From: an uncultured Burkholderiales bacterium
GTDB lineage: Bacteria; Pseudomonadota; Gammaproteobacteria; Burkholderiales; Burkholderiaceae_C
Assembly: GCA_965650765.1 (NCBI GenBank)
Contig: CBFGPV010000006.1
Location: 1,245 to 65,244 of the forward strand
Direction: 5' to 3'
Length of the DNA: 64,000 nt
The notes beneath the pieces are model-generated. The model saw only the letters and a program-made list of their open reading frames with translations. It was not told the DNA's origin and did no database searches. Of this stretch, positions 40,230 to 49,055 are shown piece by piece; within the stretch, counting starts at the first letter, position 1, and every line of letters begins with the position of its first letter. Both the position numbers and the translations under genes were made by a program.

Positions 40230-42175
40230 CAGGCGGCCCTCCGCATGGCCGGGAAGGTCTTGACGTCAACGATGCGCAGGTCCGCGGACACCATCCCGGT
40301 GCGGCCGTCCTCGAACTTCACTTGCGTCTCGATGTACTGGGAAGAGCGCCCGTCGTACAGGGCATCGACAAGCACGCCGTACTTGTCGCCGATGTAGCCG
40401 CGGCGCACCTTGCGCGTGCGGGTCAGTTCACCATCGTCGGCGTCCAGCTCCTTGTGCAGGATCAGGAAGCGGCTGATCTGGCTGCCGGCGAGCAGCTCGT
40501 CCTGCGCGAGGTCGGCGTTGACCTTCTCGACGCAGTCGCGGATCAGCTCGTACACCTCGGGCTTCTGGGCCAGGTCGGTGTAGCCGGCATAGGGCAGGTT
40601 GCGCTTCTCGGCCCAGTTGCCCACGGCCTCGAAGTCGATGTTGATGAAGGCGCAGACCTTCTCGCGCCGGTCGCCGAAGGCCACGGCCTCCTTGATGTGC
40701 GGGAAGAACTTCAGCTTGTTCTCGACGTACTTGGGCGCGAACATCGCGCCGTCGCTCGCACCGCCCTGGATGCGGCCCACGTCCTTGGCCCGGTCGATGA
40801 TCTTCAGGTGGCCGGTGGCATCCAGGAAGCCGGCATCACCCGAGCGATACCAGCCATCGGCCGTCTTGACCTCTTCGGTCGCGGCGGCATTCTTGTAGTA
40901 CTCCTTGAGCAGGCCGGGCGAGCGGATCAGGATCTCGCCATTGCTGTCGACCTTGAGCTCCACGCCGTCGATCGGCACACCCACCGTGTCGGCCTTGACC
41001 TCATGGTCCGGCTGCAGGCACACGAACACGGCGGTTTCGGTCGAGCCGTAAAGCTGCTTCAGGTTGATGCCGATCGAGCGGTAGAAGGTGAACAGGTCCG
41101 GCCCGATCGCCTCGCCGGCGGTGTAGGCCACCCGGATGCGGCTCATGCCCAGCGTGTTGCGCAGCGGCCCGTAGACCAGCAGGTTGCCGAGCATGTAGCG
41201 CAGCGAGTCGGCCAGGCCGAGCTGCTTGCCGGCCATGCGGGCGGGGCCCACGCGGCGCGCCACGTCCATGAAATGGTTGAACAGCCAGCGCTTGAGTCGC
41301 CCGGCGTCTTCCATGCGGATCATCACGCTGGTGAGCAGGCCCTCGAAGATGCGCGGCGGCGCGAAGTAATAGGTCGGGCCGATCTCCTTCAGGTCGATCA
41401 TGACCGTCGAGGCCGACTCCGGGCAGTTCACCACATAACCGCACACCAGCCACTGCGCATAGCTGAAGCAGTTCTGCCCGATCCATGCCGGCGGCAGGTA
41501 GGCCAGCACTTCCTCGCGGGCGGTGAGCTTGTCGAAGCGCGCACCGGCCTGGGCCCGGTCGATCAGCGCGAAGTGGGTGTGAACCACGCCCTTCGGATTG
41601 CCGGTCGTGCCTGAGGTGAAGAACATCGAGGCGACGTCTTCGGGGCGGGCCTTGTCCACCTCGGCCTGGAACCAGCCGGGGTGCTGCTGGTTGTGGGCCT
41701 GTCCGGCCTCGATCAGGTCGTCGAGCGAGGCCAGACCCGGCTCGCGATACTTGCGCAGACCACGGGGGTCGTCGTACCAGATGTGCGTGAGCCCGGGGCA
41801 CTGTTCGCGCACCTCGAGCATCTTGTCGACCTGCTCCTGGTCCTCGACCACGGCAAATGCCACCTCGGCATTGGTGACCGGAAACACGAACTCGGCAGCC
41901 ACCGCGTCCTGGTAAAGCGGCACCGGGATCGCGCCGACCGACTGGGCTGCCAGCATCGTGGCGTACAGGCGCGGGCGGTTTTCGCCGACCACCACGATGT
42001 GCTGGCCGCGCTGCAGGCCGGCGCGCGACAGGCCGCCGGCCAGTGCACGCACCATGGCGGCCAGCTCGGCCCAGGTCAAGGTCTGCCAGATGCCGTATTC
42101 CTTCTCGCGCAGCGCCGGCGCGTCGGGCTGGCGGCTGGCATGTTCGAGCAGCAGACGGGGGAACGTCGTTTGCAC
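40229..42175 (-). CDS. AMP-dependent synthetase, long-chain acyl-CoA ligase-like (FAA1/COG1022 type)
   Basis: AMP-binding motifs MFFTSGTTGNPKGV, YGSTET and GWYRSGD. Start set at GTG 42175, with SD aggaga 6 nt upstream. The ORF track extends 36 codons further. Confidence 0.88.
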   Translation of the reverse strand: MQTTFPRLLLEHASRQPDAPALREKEYGIWQTLTWAELAAMVRALAGGLSRAGLQRGQHIVVVGENRPRLYATMLAAQSVGAIPVPLYQDAVAAEFVFPVTNAEVAFAVVEDQEQVDKMLEVREQCPGLTHIWYDDPRGLRKYREPGLASLDDLIEAGQAHNQQHPGWFQAEVDKARPEDVASMFFTSGTTGNPKGVVHTHFALIDRAQAGARFDKLTAREEVLAYLPPAWIGQNCFSYAQWLVCGYVVNCPESASTVMIDLKEIGPTYYFAPPRIFEGLLTSVMIRMEDAGRLKRWLFNHFMDVARRVGPARMAGKQLGLADSLRYMLGNLLVYGPLRNTLGMSRIRVAYTAGEAIGPDLFTFYRSIGINLKQLYGSTETAVFVCLQPDHEVKADTVGVPIDGVELKVDSNGEILIRSPGLLKEYYKNAAATEEVKTADGWYRSGDAGFLDATGHLKIIDRAKDVGRIQGGASDGAMFAPKYVENKLKFFPHIKEAVAFGDRREKVCAFINIDFEAVGNWAEKRNLPYAGYTDLAQKPEVYELIRDCVEKVNADLAQDELLAGSQISRFLILHKELDADDGELTRTRKVRRGYIGDKYGVLVDALYDGRSSQYIETQVKFEDGRTGMVSADLRIVDVKTFPAMRRAA

Positions 42176-42255
42176 CGTCGGTCTCCTGGTGGGGCGCTCC
42201 GGACAGGGCCGGAGCACGGGGTTGGAGTTGTTGGATCCGATGCTAGGCACAAGTT

Positions 42256-42283
42256 TGACGTCAGGTTGTCGTTGTGACGACAA
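42256..42283. promoter_or_regulatory. two adjacent palindromes, TGACGTCA and TTGTCG-N6-CGACAA; candidate operator for the neighbouring Crp/Fnr regulator
   Basis: Perfect 8-bp palindrome at 42256-42263. 18-bp inverted repeat at 42266-42283. Both lie near the middle of the divergent 196-bp region, about 90 nt from each start codon. Confidence 0.45.
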
Positions 42284-42371
42284 TCCTAGGGTCCGCCCTC
42301 AGGGGACTTACCCGGGTTGGCATGCGCAGGCCGCAGCGAGCATGCTTGCGCGCCCGATTTCACGCCGTTCC

Positions 42372-43094
42372 ATGTCCGACCCTGCCGGCTTTTCCACCCT
42401 GCGCCGACGCGCGCGCATGCCCACCGACCGCGAACTGGCCGACGTGCCCTGGCTGCAGGTGCTCGATGGCCCCGACCGGGAGCGGGTGGCGCGCAGCATC
42501 CAGGTCGCACCGGCCGATCCGGGCGACCTGGTCTGCCGCCTGGGGCGCGCGCCGACCTACTGGTTCGGGGTGATCGACGGCCTGCTGAAGATGAGCAACG
42601 ACGGCTCCACCCGGGCCGCCGTGACCTTTGCCGGCCTGCCGCCCGGCGCCTGGTTCGGCGAGGGCACCCTGCTCAAGCGTGAGCCCTATCGCTACAACGT
42701 GCAGGCCCTGCGCCGCAGCGTGGTGGCGGGCCTGCCGATCGAGACCTTCCACTGGCTGCTGGACAACAGCATTCCGTTCAACCGGTTCGTGATGCGCCAG
42801 CTCAACGAGCGGCTCGGCCAGTTCATCGCCGCGCGCGAGATCGACCGCCTGAACGACCCGGACGTTCGTGTGGCCCGCAGCCTGGCGGCCCTGTTCCACC
42901 CCATCCTCTATCCGGGTGTGGGCACGATGCTGCGCATCACCCAGCAGGAGCTGGGCGCCCTGGTCGGCCTGTCGCGCCAGCGCGTGAACCAGGCCCTGCA
43001 TGCCTTGCAGGGGCACGGCCTGATCCGCATCGAATACGGTGGTGTGCGAGTGCTTGACCTCGACGGCCTGCAACGCCGGATGTTCAGCGAATGA
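42372..43094 (+). CDS. Crp/Fnr family transcriptional regulator
   Basis: cNMP-binding-like domain plus C-terminal HTH ITQQELGALVGLSRQRVNQALHAL. Start is ATG 42372, or alternatively 42417. Confidence 0.88.
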   Translation: MSDPAGFSTLRRRARMPTDRELADVPWLQVLDGPDRERVARSIQVAPADPGDLVCRLGRAPTYWFGVIDGLLKMSNDGSTRAAVTFAGLPPGAWFGEGTLLKREPYRYNVQALRRSVVAGLPIETFHWLLDNSIPFNRFVMRQLNERLGQFIAAREIDRLNDPDVRVARSLAALFHPILYPGVGTMLRITQQELGALVGLSRQRVNQALHALQGHGLIRIEYGGVRVLDLDGLQRRMFSE

Positions 43095-43124
43095 TGCGGG
43101 CGCGAGCGGTGCGCTGGGGCGTGC

Positions 43125-44030
43125 TCAGGCGCGCGCCTTGAGGTTGGTCACGCCGGCCGAGACATGACCGGCCGGCACGTGCGGGGCGGCATTCTCGACA
43201 TGGCGCACCTGGTCGTCGAAGAAGAAGTCGGGCTCGAACTCCCGCAGGAACTCACCCTTGGGCAGCCCGCCCAGGAACATGGCTTCGTCGACTTCGATCT
43301 GCCAGTCCATCAGCGTGCGGATCGCCCGCTCGTGCGCCGGTGCGCTGCGCGCGGTGACCAGCGCAGTGCGCACCCGCATCGCCGGCGTGGCGTTGCGCTG
43401 CAGCCGGTGCAGGGCCTCCAGCAGCGGCTTGAACGGGCCGGCCTGCAGCGGGCTGGCCGCACGGCTGCTTTCGTGGGCCTGGAAGGCGTCCAGCCCGTCG
43501 GCCTGGAACACCTGCTCGGCCTCGTCGGAGAACAGCACCGCGTCGCCGTCGAAGGCGATGCGCACCTCGTTCGGGTGGGCATCCGAGGCGCGGGCCGACA
43601 GTGGGTAGACCCGCGCGGCCGGAAACCCTGCGTCGAGAGCTGAGCGCACATCGGCCTCATTGGCCGACAGGAACAGGTGCGCATTGAGCGGGCGCAGGTA
43701 GCGGTAGGGGGACTCGCCCCGGGTGAACACCCCGCGCTGGATCGGCAGCCCGTAGTGCTGGGCCGAGCGGAACACCCGCATGCCCGAGACCGGATCGTTG
43801 CGCGACAGGATCACCACTTCGACCGACGGCAGCACCGCGTTGAAGGCCAGCAGCTTGTTGACCAGTGAAAACGCCACGCCCGGCTTGGCTGGCGCCTCCA
43901 GGCGCGCCAGTTGCAGATGCATGTAGGCGCGGTCGTCCTGCGCCTCGAACAGCTGGTTTTCTTCCTCGAAGTCGAACAGGGCGCGCGACGAGATCGCCAC
44001 GACGAGGTGGTCGGCAAGGGTGATGGGCAT
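43125..44030 (-). CDS. 5'-nucleotidase, cN-I-like (Pfam 5-nucleotidase, PF06189 type, from memory)
   Basis: 301 aa. Pattern VAISSRALFDFEEEN, VEVVILSRNDPVSG, IRIAFDGDAVLFSDEAE, ALVTARSAPAHER and FFFDDQ matches my recollection of this HAD-like family. Not verified by search. Confidence 0.7.
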   Translation of the reverse strand: MPITLADHLVVAISSRALFDFEEENQLFEAQDDRAYMHLQLARLEAPAKPGVAFSLVNKLLAFNAVLPSVEVVILSRNDPVSGMRVFRSAQHYGLPIQRGVFTRGESPYRYLRPLNAHLFLSANEADVRSALDAGFPAARVYPLSARASDAHPNEVRIAFDGDAVLFSDEAEQVFQADGLDAFQAHESSRAASPLQAGPFKPLLEALHRLQRNATPAMRVRTALVTARSAPAHERAIRTLMDWQIEVDEAMFLGGLPKGEFLREFEPDFFFDDQVRHVENAAPHVPAGHVSAGVTNLKARA

Positions 44031-44071
44031 GAGGCCGGATGATACGGCCCGGTGCCCGGCCCGTACCGATC

Positions 44072-45064
44072 TCAGTGCACGAAGCCGATGCCCTGCTTGC
44101 GCACCCCGGCGTCGGGCAGGTCGCGCACCTCGATGCGGTCGCGGTGCTCCAGCTTGGCATTGCCGAAGGCCGTCATCCAGGCGCGGCGCATCTCGCGCGG
44201 GGCCATGTCGGCAAAGCGTTCCAGCACGGCCTCCTGCGGCTGCGGGTCGAAGCGCGAGCCCCAGTCGTGTTCGCCGCGGATGCCGGTGTACAGCCGCAGC
44301 GCGATGCGCCGTGCCGCGTCACGGTCGGGCGCCGGCACGCTGTAGACATTCATGCGGTTCAGGATCGGCTCCGGGATCGCACGCTCGTCGTTGGCCGTGG
44401 CCACCCAGATCACCTGGCTGGCATCGATGGGCACTTCGGCGAACTCGTCGGTGAAGGTGCCGGCGGTGTCGTGCTCGAGCAGGCTGTAGAGCGCGCCCAG
44501 CGGGTCGTAGGCCGAATCGGTGCTGGCCTTGTCGATCTCGTCGACCACGATGACCGGGTTGGCGTACTGCCCGTCCACGAGGGTTTCGAAGACCTTGCCC
44601 GGTCGGGCGCCCTTCCATTGCGAGGACGCTCCGGACAGCACCCAGCCGGCGGTCAGCGAGCTCATCGCCATGAAGCCCATGCCGGTGCCCAGCAGCTGGG
44701 ACAGGCGGCGCGCGAAGTGGGTCTTGCCGATGCCGGGCGGGCCCAGCAGCAGCATCGGCGTGATCTCCAGCGCGTCGCGGCTGTCCTCGCACAGCGCGAG
44801 CTGGCGCTTCACGTCGTCCAGCGCGTCGCCGAAGTTGGGCAGTTCGTCATACAGCGAGTCCATCGCTGGCAGGCCCGAGGGCTTGACCTGGAAGCGCTCG
44901 GGGCCGCGTTCGAGCATGCGCTCGTACGTGGCACGCAGGTTCTCGTGTTCCTTGTGGGGGAGCTTGTCGAGCCGGCGCTCGACGTCGGTCATGCGATAGA
45001 CCGAGCGCATGTGTGCGATCGGGATGTGGGCGCCGCGAACCGGGACCAGATCATGGGAACTCAT
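44072..45064 (-). CDS. AAA+ ATPase, Lon-type ATPase module without protease or N-terminal domains
   Basis: Start at MSSHDLV (SD ggagg). Walker A LLLGPPGIGKTHFARRL, Walker B VIVVDEIDK, sensor region WVATAN, PEPILNRM. 330 aa. Confidence 0.8.
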   Translation of the reverse strand: MSSHDLVPVRGAHIPIAHMRSVYRMTDVERRLDKLPHKEHENLRATYERMLERGPERFQVKPSGLPAMDSLYDELPNFGDALDDVKRQLALCEDSRDALEITPMLLLGPPGIGKTHFARRLSQLLGTGMGFMAMSSLTAGWVLSGASSQWKGARPGKVFETLVDGQYANPVIVVDEIDKASTDSAYDPLGALYSLLEHDTAGTFTDEFAEVPIDASQVIWVATANDERAIPEPILNRMNVYSVPAPDRDAARRIALRLYTGIRGEHDWGSRFDPQPQEAVLERFADMAPREMRRAWMTAFGNAKLEHRDRIEVRDLPDAGVRKQGIGFVH

Positions 45065-45237
45065 GACAAACCTCCACGAGAAGACCACTGATGGAAACCA
45101 TTGAAGCAAAAGCCTATCGGCCTGCAGCCCCGGAACAACGGGGCAAACCCCGGTCTGTTGCATGCAAGCGCCGTGCCCGTGCACACTGCGCGTGACACAG
45201 GTCACATCTTCTGACCTGAAGGCTTGGAGGGGCGGTG

Positions 45238-45624
45238 ATGCGAGGTGTTCCGTGGCAGGGGTGGCGCGCTGCCGGGCTGGCGGCGTGGCTGCTGGTGGGG
45301 GTCTGCGCGGTGCCGGCGCAACCGACGCCCGGGTTCGAGGCCTTCCTGAAGCGCTTTCGCACGGCCATGGCGGCCAACGATGCCCAGGCCGTGGCCGACC
45401 TGACCGCCTTGCCCTTCCTGTTCGACAGCCGGCCGCGCGACCGGGCCGGATTCGTGCGGATCTACCCCGAGCTGTTCACGGCCGCGGTGCGGCGGTGCCT
45501 GCAGCGCGCGACCCCGGTGGCCGAAGACGGCCGGCAGGTGATGTTCTGTGCGCCCTACGGCTTCTACTTCGGGGTGCACGACGGGGCGTGGCGACTCATC
45601 GAGTTCGGCGCCGACGGCGGGTGA
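45238..45624 (+). CDS. secreted hypothetical protein
   Basis: SD ggagggg. Signal-like N-terminus AAGLAAWLLVGVCAVPAQP. No recognised domain. Confidence 0.5.
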   Translation: MRGVPWQGWRAAGLAAWLLVGVCAVPAQPTPGFEAFLKRFRTAMAANDAQAVADLTALPFLFDSRPRDRAGFVRIYPELFTAAVRRCLQRATPVAEDGRQVMFCAPYGFYFGVHDGAWRLIEFGADGG

Positions 45625-45720
45625 ACGCGGGGGCGTGTCCCCAGTTCTTGGTCTTTTCGGCGGCCGCGGGCTGTGCGAGCATGCGCGCTTGTTTCGAACA
45701 CGACCTGAAAGTCAGCTGGC

Positions 45721-46464
45721 ATGAGCCTCGAACCCCCGACCCTGCTGGTGGTCGACGACGAACCTGAACTGCGCGACCTGCTGGCCGAGTATTTCGTTCG
45801 CCAGGGTTACCGTGTCGAGCTGGCGGCTGATGCGACTGCCGCGCGCAGCCGGGTCGAAGCCGGTGCGCCACATGCCGCCATCCTCGACGTCCACCTGCCG
45901 GGCGAAGACGGCCTGAGCATCGCGCGCTGGCTGCGTGAGCGTCACCCTGGTGTGGCCATCGTGATGCTCACGACGGCGGCCGACACCGTGGACCGCATCG
46001 TGGGCCTGGAGATGGGGGCCGACGACTACGTGCCCAAGCCCTTCGACCTGCGCGAACTGCATGCACGCATCAAGAGCGTGCTGCGCCGCCTGCAGTCGCC
46101 CATCGCCAGCGCGCCGGCGCCGCTCAATGCGCTGGCGGCAGGCCACCGCGTGGCCTTTGGCCAGTGCCAGCTCGACCTCGAAACCCGCCTGCTGCGCGGC
46201 CCCGACGGGCAGGACATCGACATCACCGCGGCCGAGTTCGACCTGCTGGCGCTGTTTGCGCGCCATCCGAACCGGCCGCTCAACCGGGACCAGATCATGG
46301 AACAGGCCCACCATCGCGGCTGGGATGTCTTCGACCGCTCGATCGACCTGCGCATCATGCGCCTGCGGCGCAAGATCGAGCGCAACCCCGACAAGCCCGA
46401 GGTGATCAAGACCGTGCGCGGTGTGGGTTATGTGTTCGTGAGCCAGCCTGGAGCCGAACGTTGA
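45721..46464 (+). CDS. OmpR-family response regulator
   Basis: Receiver domain (LLVVDDE, DVHLPGEDG, KPF) plus winged helix with IKTVRGVGYVF. Confidence 0.92.
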   Translation: MSLEPPTLLVVDDEPELRDLLAEYFVRQGYRVELAADATAARSRVEAGAPHAAILDVHLPGEDGLSIARWLRERHPGVAIVMLTTAADTVDRIVGLEMGADDYVPKPFDLRELHARIKSVLRRLQSPIASAPAPLNALAAGHRVAFGQCQLDLETRLLRGPDGQDIDITAAEFDLLALFARHPNRPLNRDQIMEQAHHRGWDVFDRSIDLRIMRLRRKIERNPDKPEVIKTVRGVGYVFVSQPGAER

Positions 46465-48485
46465 AGCCCGACCTGCCGGCTCTGCCGCCCGGGTTTGCGC
46501 CGGCCGATCCGCCGGGCATCACCGCCCCCGCGGCCCTGCCGCCACCCGACCTGGCCACGCTGCAGACCCTGTTCGATGCCGTGCCCGCGCGTGTGTCGAT
46601 GATCGATGCCGCACACCGCTTCGTCTACCTGAACCATGAGGCCCTGGCCTTCGTGCGCCTGCCGATCGAGCAGGTGGTCGGGCGCCATCTGTCCGAGGTG
46701 CTGGGCGAGGCCGCCTACCAGTCCTATCTGCCGGTGGCCGAGCGGCTGTTTGCCGGGCAGTCGCTGCAGCGTGAGGGCTGGATCGAGTACCGTGGCCACA
46801 TCCGCCGTTACGTCAAGGAAAGCCTGGTCCCCTATGCCCCGGGCGGCGGCCCGGTGCTGGGCGTGGTGGCCTTCGTGCGCGACCTCACCGAGCTGCGCCA
46901 GCGCGAGATCGACCTGGCCGCCCGTCTGGCCGACCTGCAGACCACCGAGGCGCTGAAGGCGGCCATCGTCGACAACGCGCTGTCGGCCATCGTGCTGGCA
47001 GACGAAGACGGCCGTATCGTCGAGTTCAACCCCGCGGCCGAACAGGCGTTCGGCTTCCGGCGCGAGGAGGCGGTCGGCCGGCTGGTGAGCGACGTGATCA
47101 TTCCGCATCACTACCGCGAGGCCCACCTGGACGGCATGGCCCGCATGAAGTCCGGCGGGCCGGCGCGCGTGATCGGCAAACGTGTCGAGATGAATGCCTT
47201 GCGGGCCGACGGCAGCGAATTCCCGGTCGAGATGGTGCTGTCGCGCACCGTGGTGGACGGGCGCACCTTCTACAGCGCCTTCCTGGTCGACCTGAGCGAA
47301 CGGCGTCGTGCCGAGGACGAGATCAACCGCCAGCGCGAGGCCCTGCGTCAGAGCGAAAAGCTCACCGCGATGGGCAGTCTGCTGGCCGGGGTCGCGCATG
47401 AGCTGAACAATCCGCTGGCCATCGTGATGGGCCGCGCCAGCCTGCTGGAGGCCAAGTGCACTGACCCGCGCCTGCAGGCCGACGTGGTGCGCATCCGCGA
47501 GGCGGCCGAGCGCTGCGGGCGCATCGTGCGCACCTTCCTGAGCATGGCGCGCAAGAAGCCGAGCGAACGCACCGATGTCTGCCTGAACGACCTGGTCCGC
47601 GGGGCGGTCGACCTGCTGCAGTACAACCTGCGCACCAGCGGCATCGAGGTGACGCTGCAACTCGCGCCACAACTGCCGACGGTGCGGGCCGACGCCGACC
47701 AGCTCGGCCAGGTCGTGCTCAACCTGCTGGTCAATGCACAGCAGGCCCTGACGCAGCCGAACGCGCCGGTGCGCCCGCCCTTGCGTGTGCGGGTCGAGTC
47801 GGGTGTGCTGCCGGGCAGCGGCGGCGCGACCGGCCAGGTGTGGCTGCGGGTGTGCGACAACGGGCCGGGTGTGGCCGAAGTGCATCGTCAGCGCATCTTC
47901 GATCCGTTCTTCACGACCAAACCCGAAGGCGCAGGTACGGGTCTGGGCCTGGCCGTGTCCCGCTCGGTGGCGCGTGAACATGCCGGTGAGCTGGCGCTGG
48001 ACACCGCGCCCAGCCCGCTGGGCGGCGCCTGCTTCCTGCTCAGCCTGCCGATCACCGCGGCCGCACCGGCCACGCCCGAACCGCGCGAGGCGCCTGCGCC
48101 GGCCGATGTGCTGACGGCCCGGGTGCTGGTGGTCGACGATGAAGCGGAGCTGGCCGACGTGATCCGCGAGATGCTCGAGGTGGCGCAGTTCGAGGTGGCC
48201 ACCGCTGAATCCGGCGAAGTGGCGCTCGAGCTGTTGTCCGAGGCCCGGTTCGATGCGGTGGTGTCCGACCTGCGCATGCCGGGCATGGACGGGCCCGGCC
48301 TGTGGCGTGCCATCCAGGCCCAGCACCCTCAGCTGGCCCGCCGCATCGTGTTCGTCACCGGCGACACCCTGTCGGCCGGCGCGCGCGAATTCTTGCGGCA
48401 GACCGGCTGCGCCTGCATCGAGAAGCCGTTCACCGCCGAGGAGCTGACCTCCCGGGTGTCGGCCATCGTGGAGGGGCGACTGTAG
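46461..48485 (+). CDS. hybrid sensor histidine kinase (two PAS domains, HisKA, HATPase, C-terminal receiver)
   Basis: TTG 46461 overlaps the regulator stop, with SD ggag 7 nt upstream. H-box GVAHELNNPL, G-boxes DNGPGV and GTGLGLAV, receiver VLVVDDE...DLRMPGMDG. No TM segment is evident, so it is probably cytoplasmic. Confidence 0.88.
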   Translation: MKPDLPALPPGFAPADPPGITAPAALPPPDLATLQTLFDAVPARVSMIDAAHRFVYLNHEALAFVRLPIEQVVGRHLSEVLGEAAYQSYLPVAERLFAGQSLQREGWIEYRGHIRRYVKESLVPYAPGGGPVLGVVAFVRDLTELRQREIDLAARLADLQTTEALKAAIVDNALSAIVLADEDGRIVEFNPAAEQAFGFRREEAVGRLVSDVIIPHHYREAHLDGMARMKSGGPARVIGKRVEMNALRADGSEFPVEMVLSRTVVDGRTFYSAFLVDLSERRRAEDEINRQREALRQSEKLTAMGSLLAGVAHELNNPLAIVMGRASLLEAKCTDPRLQADVVRIREAAERCGRIVRTFLSMARKKPSERTDVCLNDLVRGAVDLLQYNLRTSGIEVTLQLAPQLPTVRADADQLGQVVLNLLVNAQQALTQPNAPVRPPLRVRVESGVLPGSGGATGQVWLRVCDNGPGVAEVHRQRIFDPFFTTKPEGAGTGLGLAVSRSVAREHAGELALDTAPSPLGGACFLLSLPITAAAPATPEPREAPAPADVLTARVLVVDDEAELADVIREMLEVAQFEVATAESGEVALELLSEARFDAVVSDLRMPGMDGPGLWRAIQAQHPQLARRIVFVTGDTLSAGAREFLRQTGCACIEKPFTAEELTSRVSAIVEGRL

Positions 48486-48502
48486 GGCCCGGTGCGGCGG
48501 TC

Positions 48503-48928
48503 TCAGACCAGTGCCACCGGCTCCTCGCGGGCGGCCTGCTGCATGGTCTGCGCGACCACGCCGTACATCGCCATCCAGGCCTGGCGCACCTCGTCGGTGA
48601 AGGCGGCACCCAGGCCCAGCGCCAGGGTGTCGAGCAGGGCGGCGCCCACCGTGGCGTAGTGGCTGTCCTGCACGCCGTAGCCTGCATGGCGACGCCCCAG
48701 GCCCTTCAGGGCCGGCAGCAGCACGTCGGGCTGGCGCAGGCGTTGCACCGCCCAGCCGATCATCTGCATCAGCTTGGCACCCTGGTCGGTCATGTCACCC
48801 TTGAACAGGCGACGCAGCCCCGGATCGCGGGTGAACAGCTGCTCATAGAAGATGGCGGCGGCCTGCGGGGCGATGGGCTGCACCAGGCTGAAACTGGCTT
48901 GCACGAGGTCGATCTGCTGTGGGGTCAT
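48503..48928 (-). CDS. single-domain globin (bacterial hemoglobin-like)
   Basis: 141 aa. B-helix motif AAIFYEQLF and proximal His context LGRRHAGYGV, typical of globin-fold proteins. Confidence 0.75.
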   Translation of the reverse strand: MTPQQIDLVQASFSLVQPIAPQAAAIFYEQLFTRDPGLRRLFKGDMTDQGAKLMQMIGWAVQRLRQPDVLLPALKGLGRRHAGYGVQDSHYATVGAALLDTLALGLGAAFTDEVRQAWMAMYGVVAQTMQQAAREEPVALV

Positions 48929-49055
48929 GGTGCGCTCCTGTGGGGCGTTGAACGATGACCTCAGTGTCGGCCGCGGCCGTATCGGTGCGATGTCGCGCCG
49001 GTTTCATTCGTTTCAGGCGGCGGTGCACCGCCTGGGTCGGGCCTTGACCCGGGTG

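Noticed and set aside
35481-40397. 1638-aa plus-strand ORF across the Liv-type ABC operon
   Set aside because: This is a shadow ORF antisense to five well-supported transporter genes. It has no domain-like motifs, and it crosses the intergenic gaps of the real operon.
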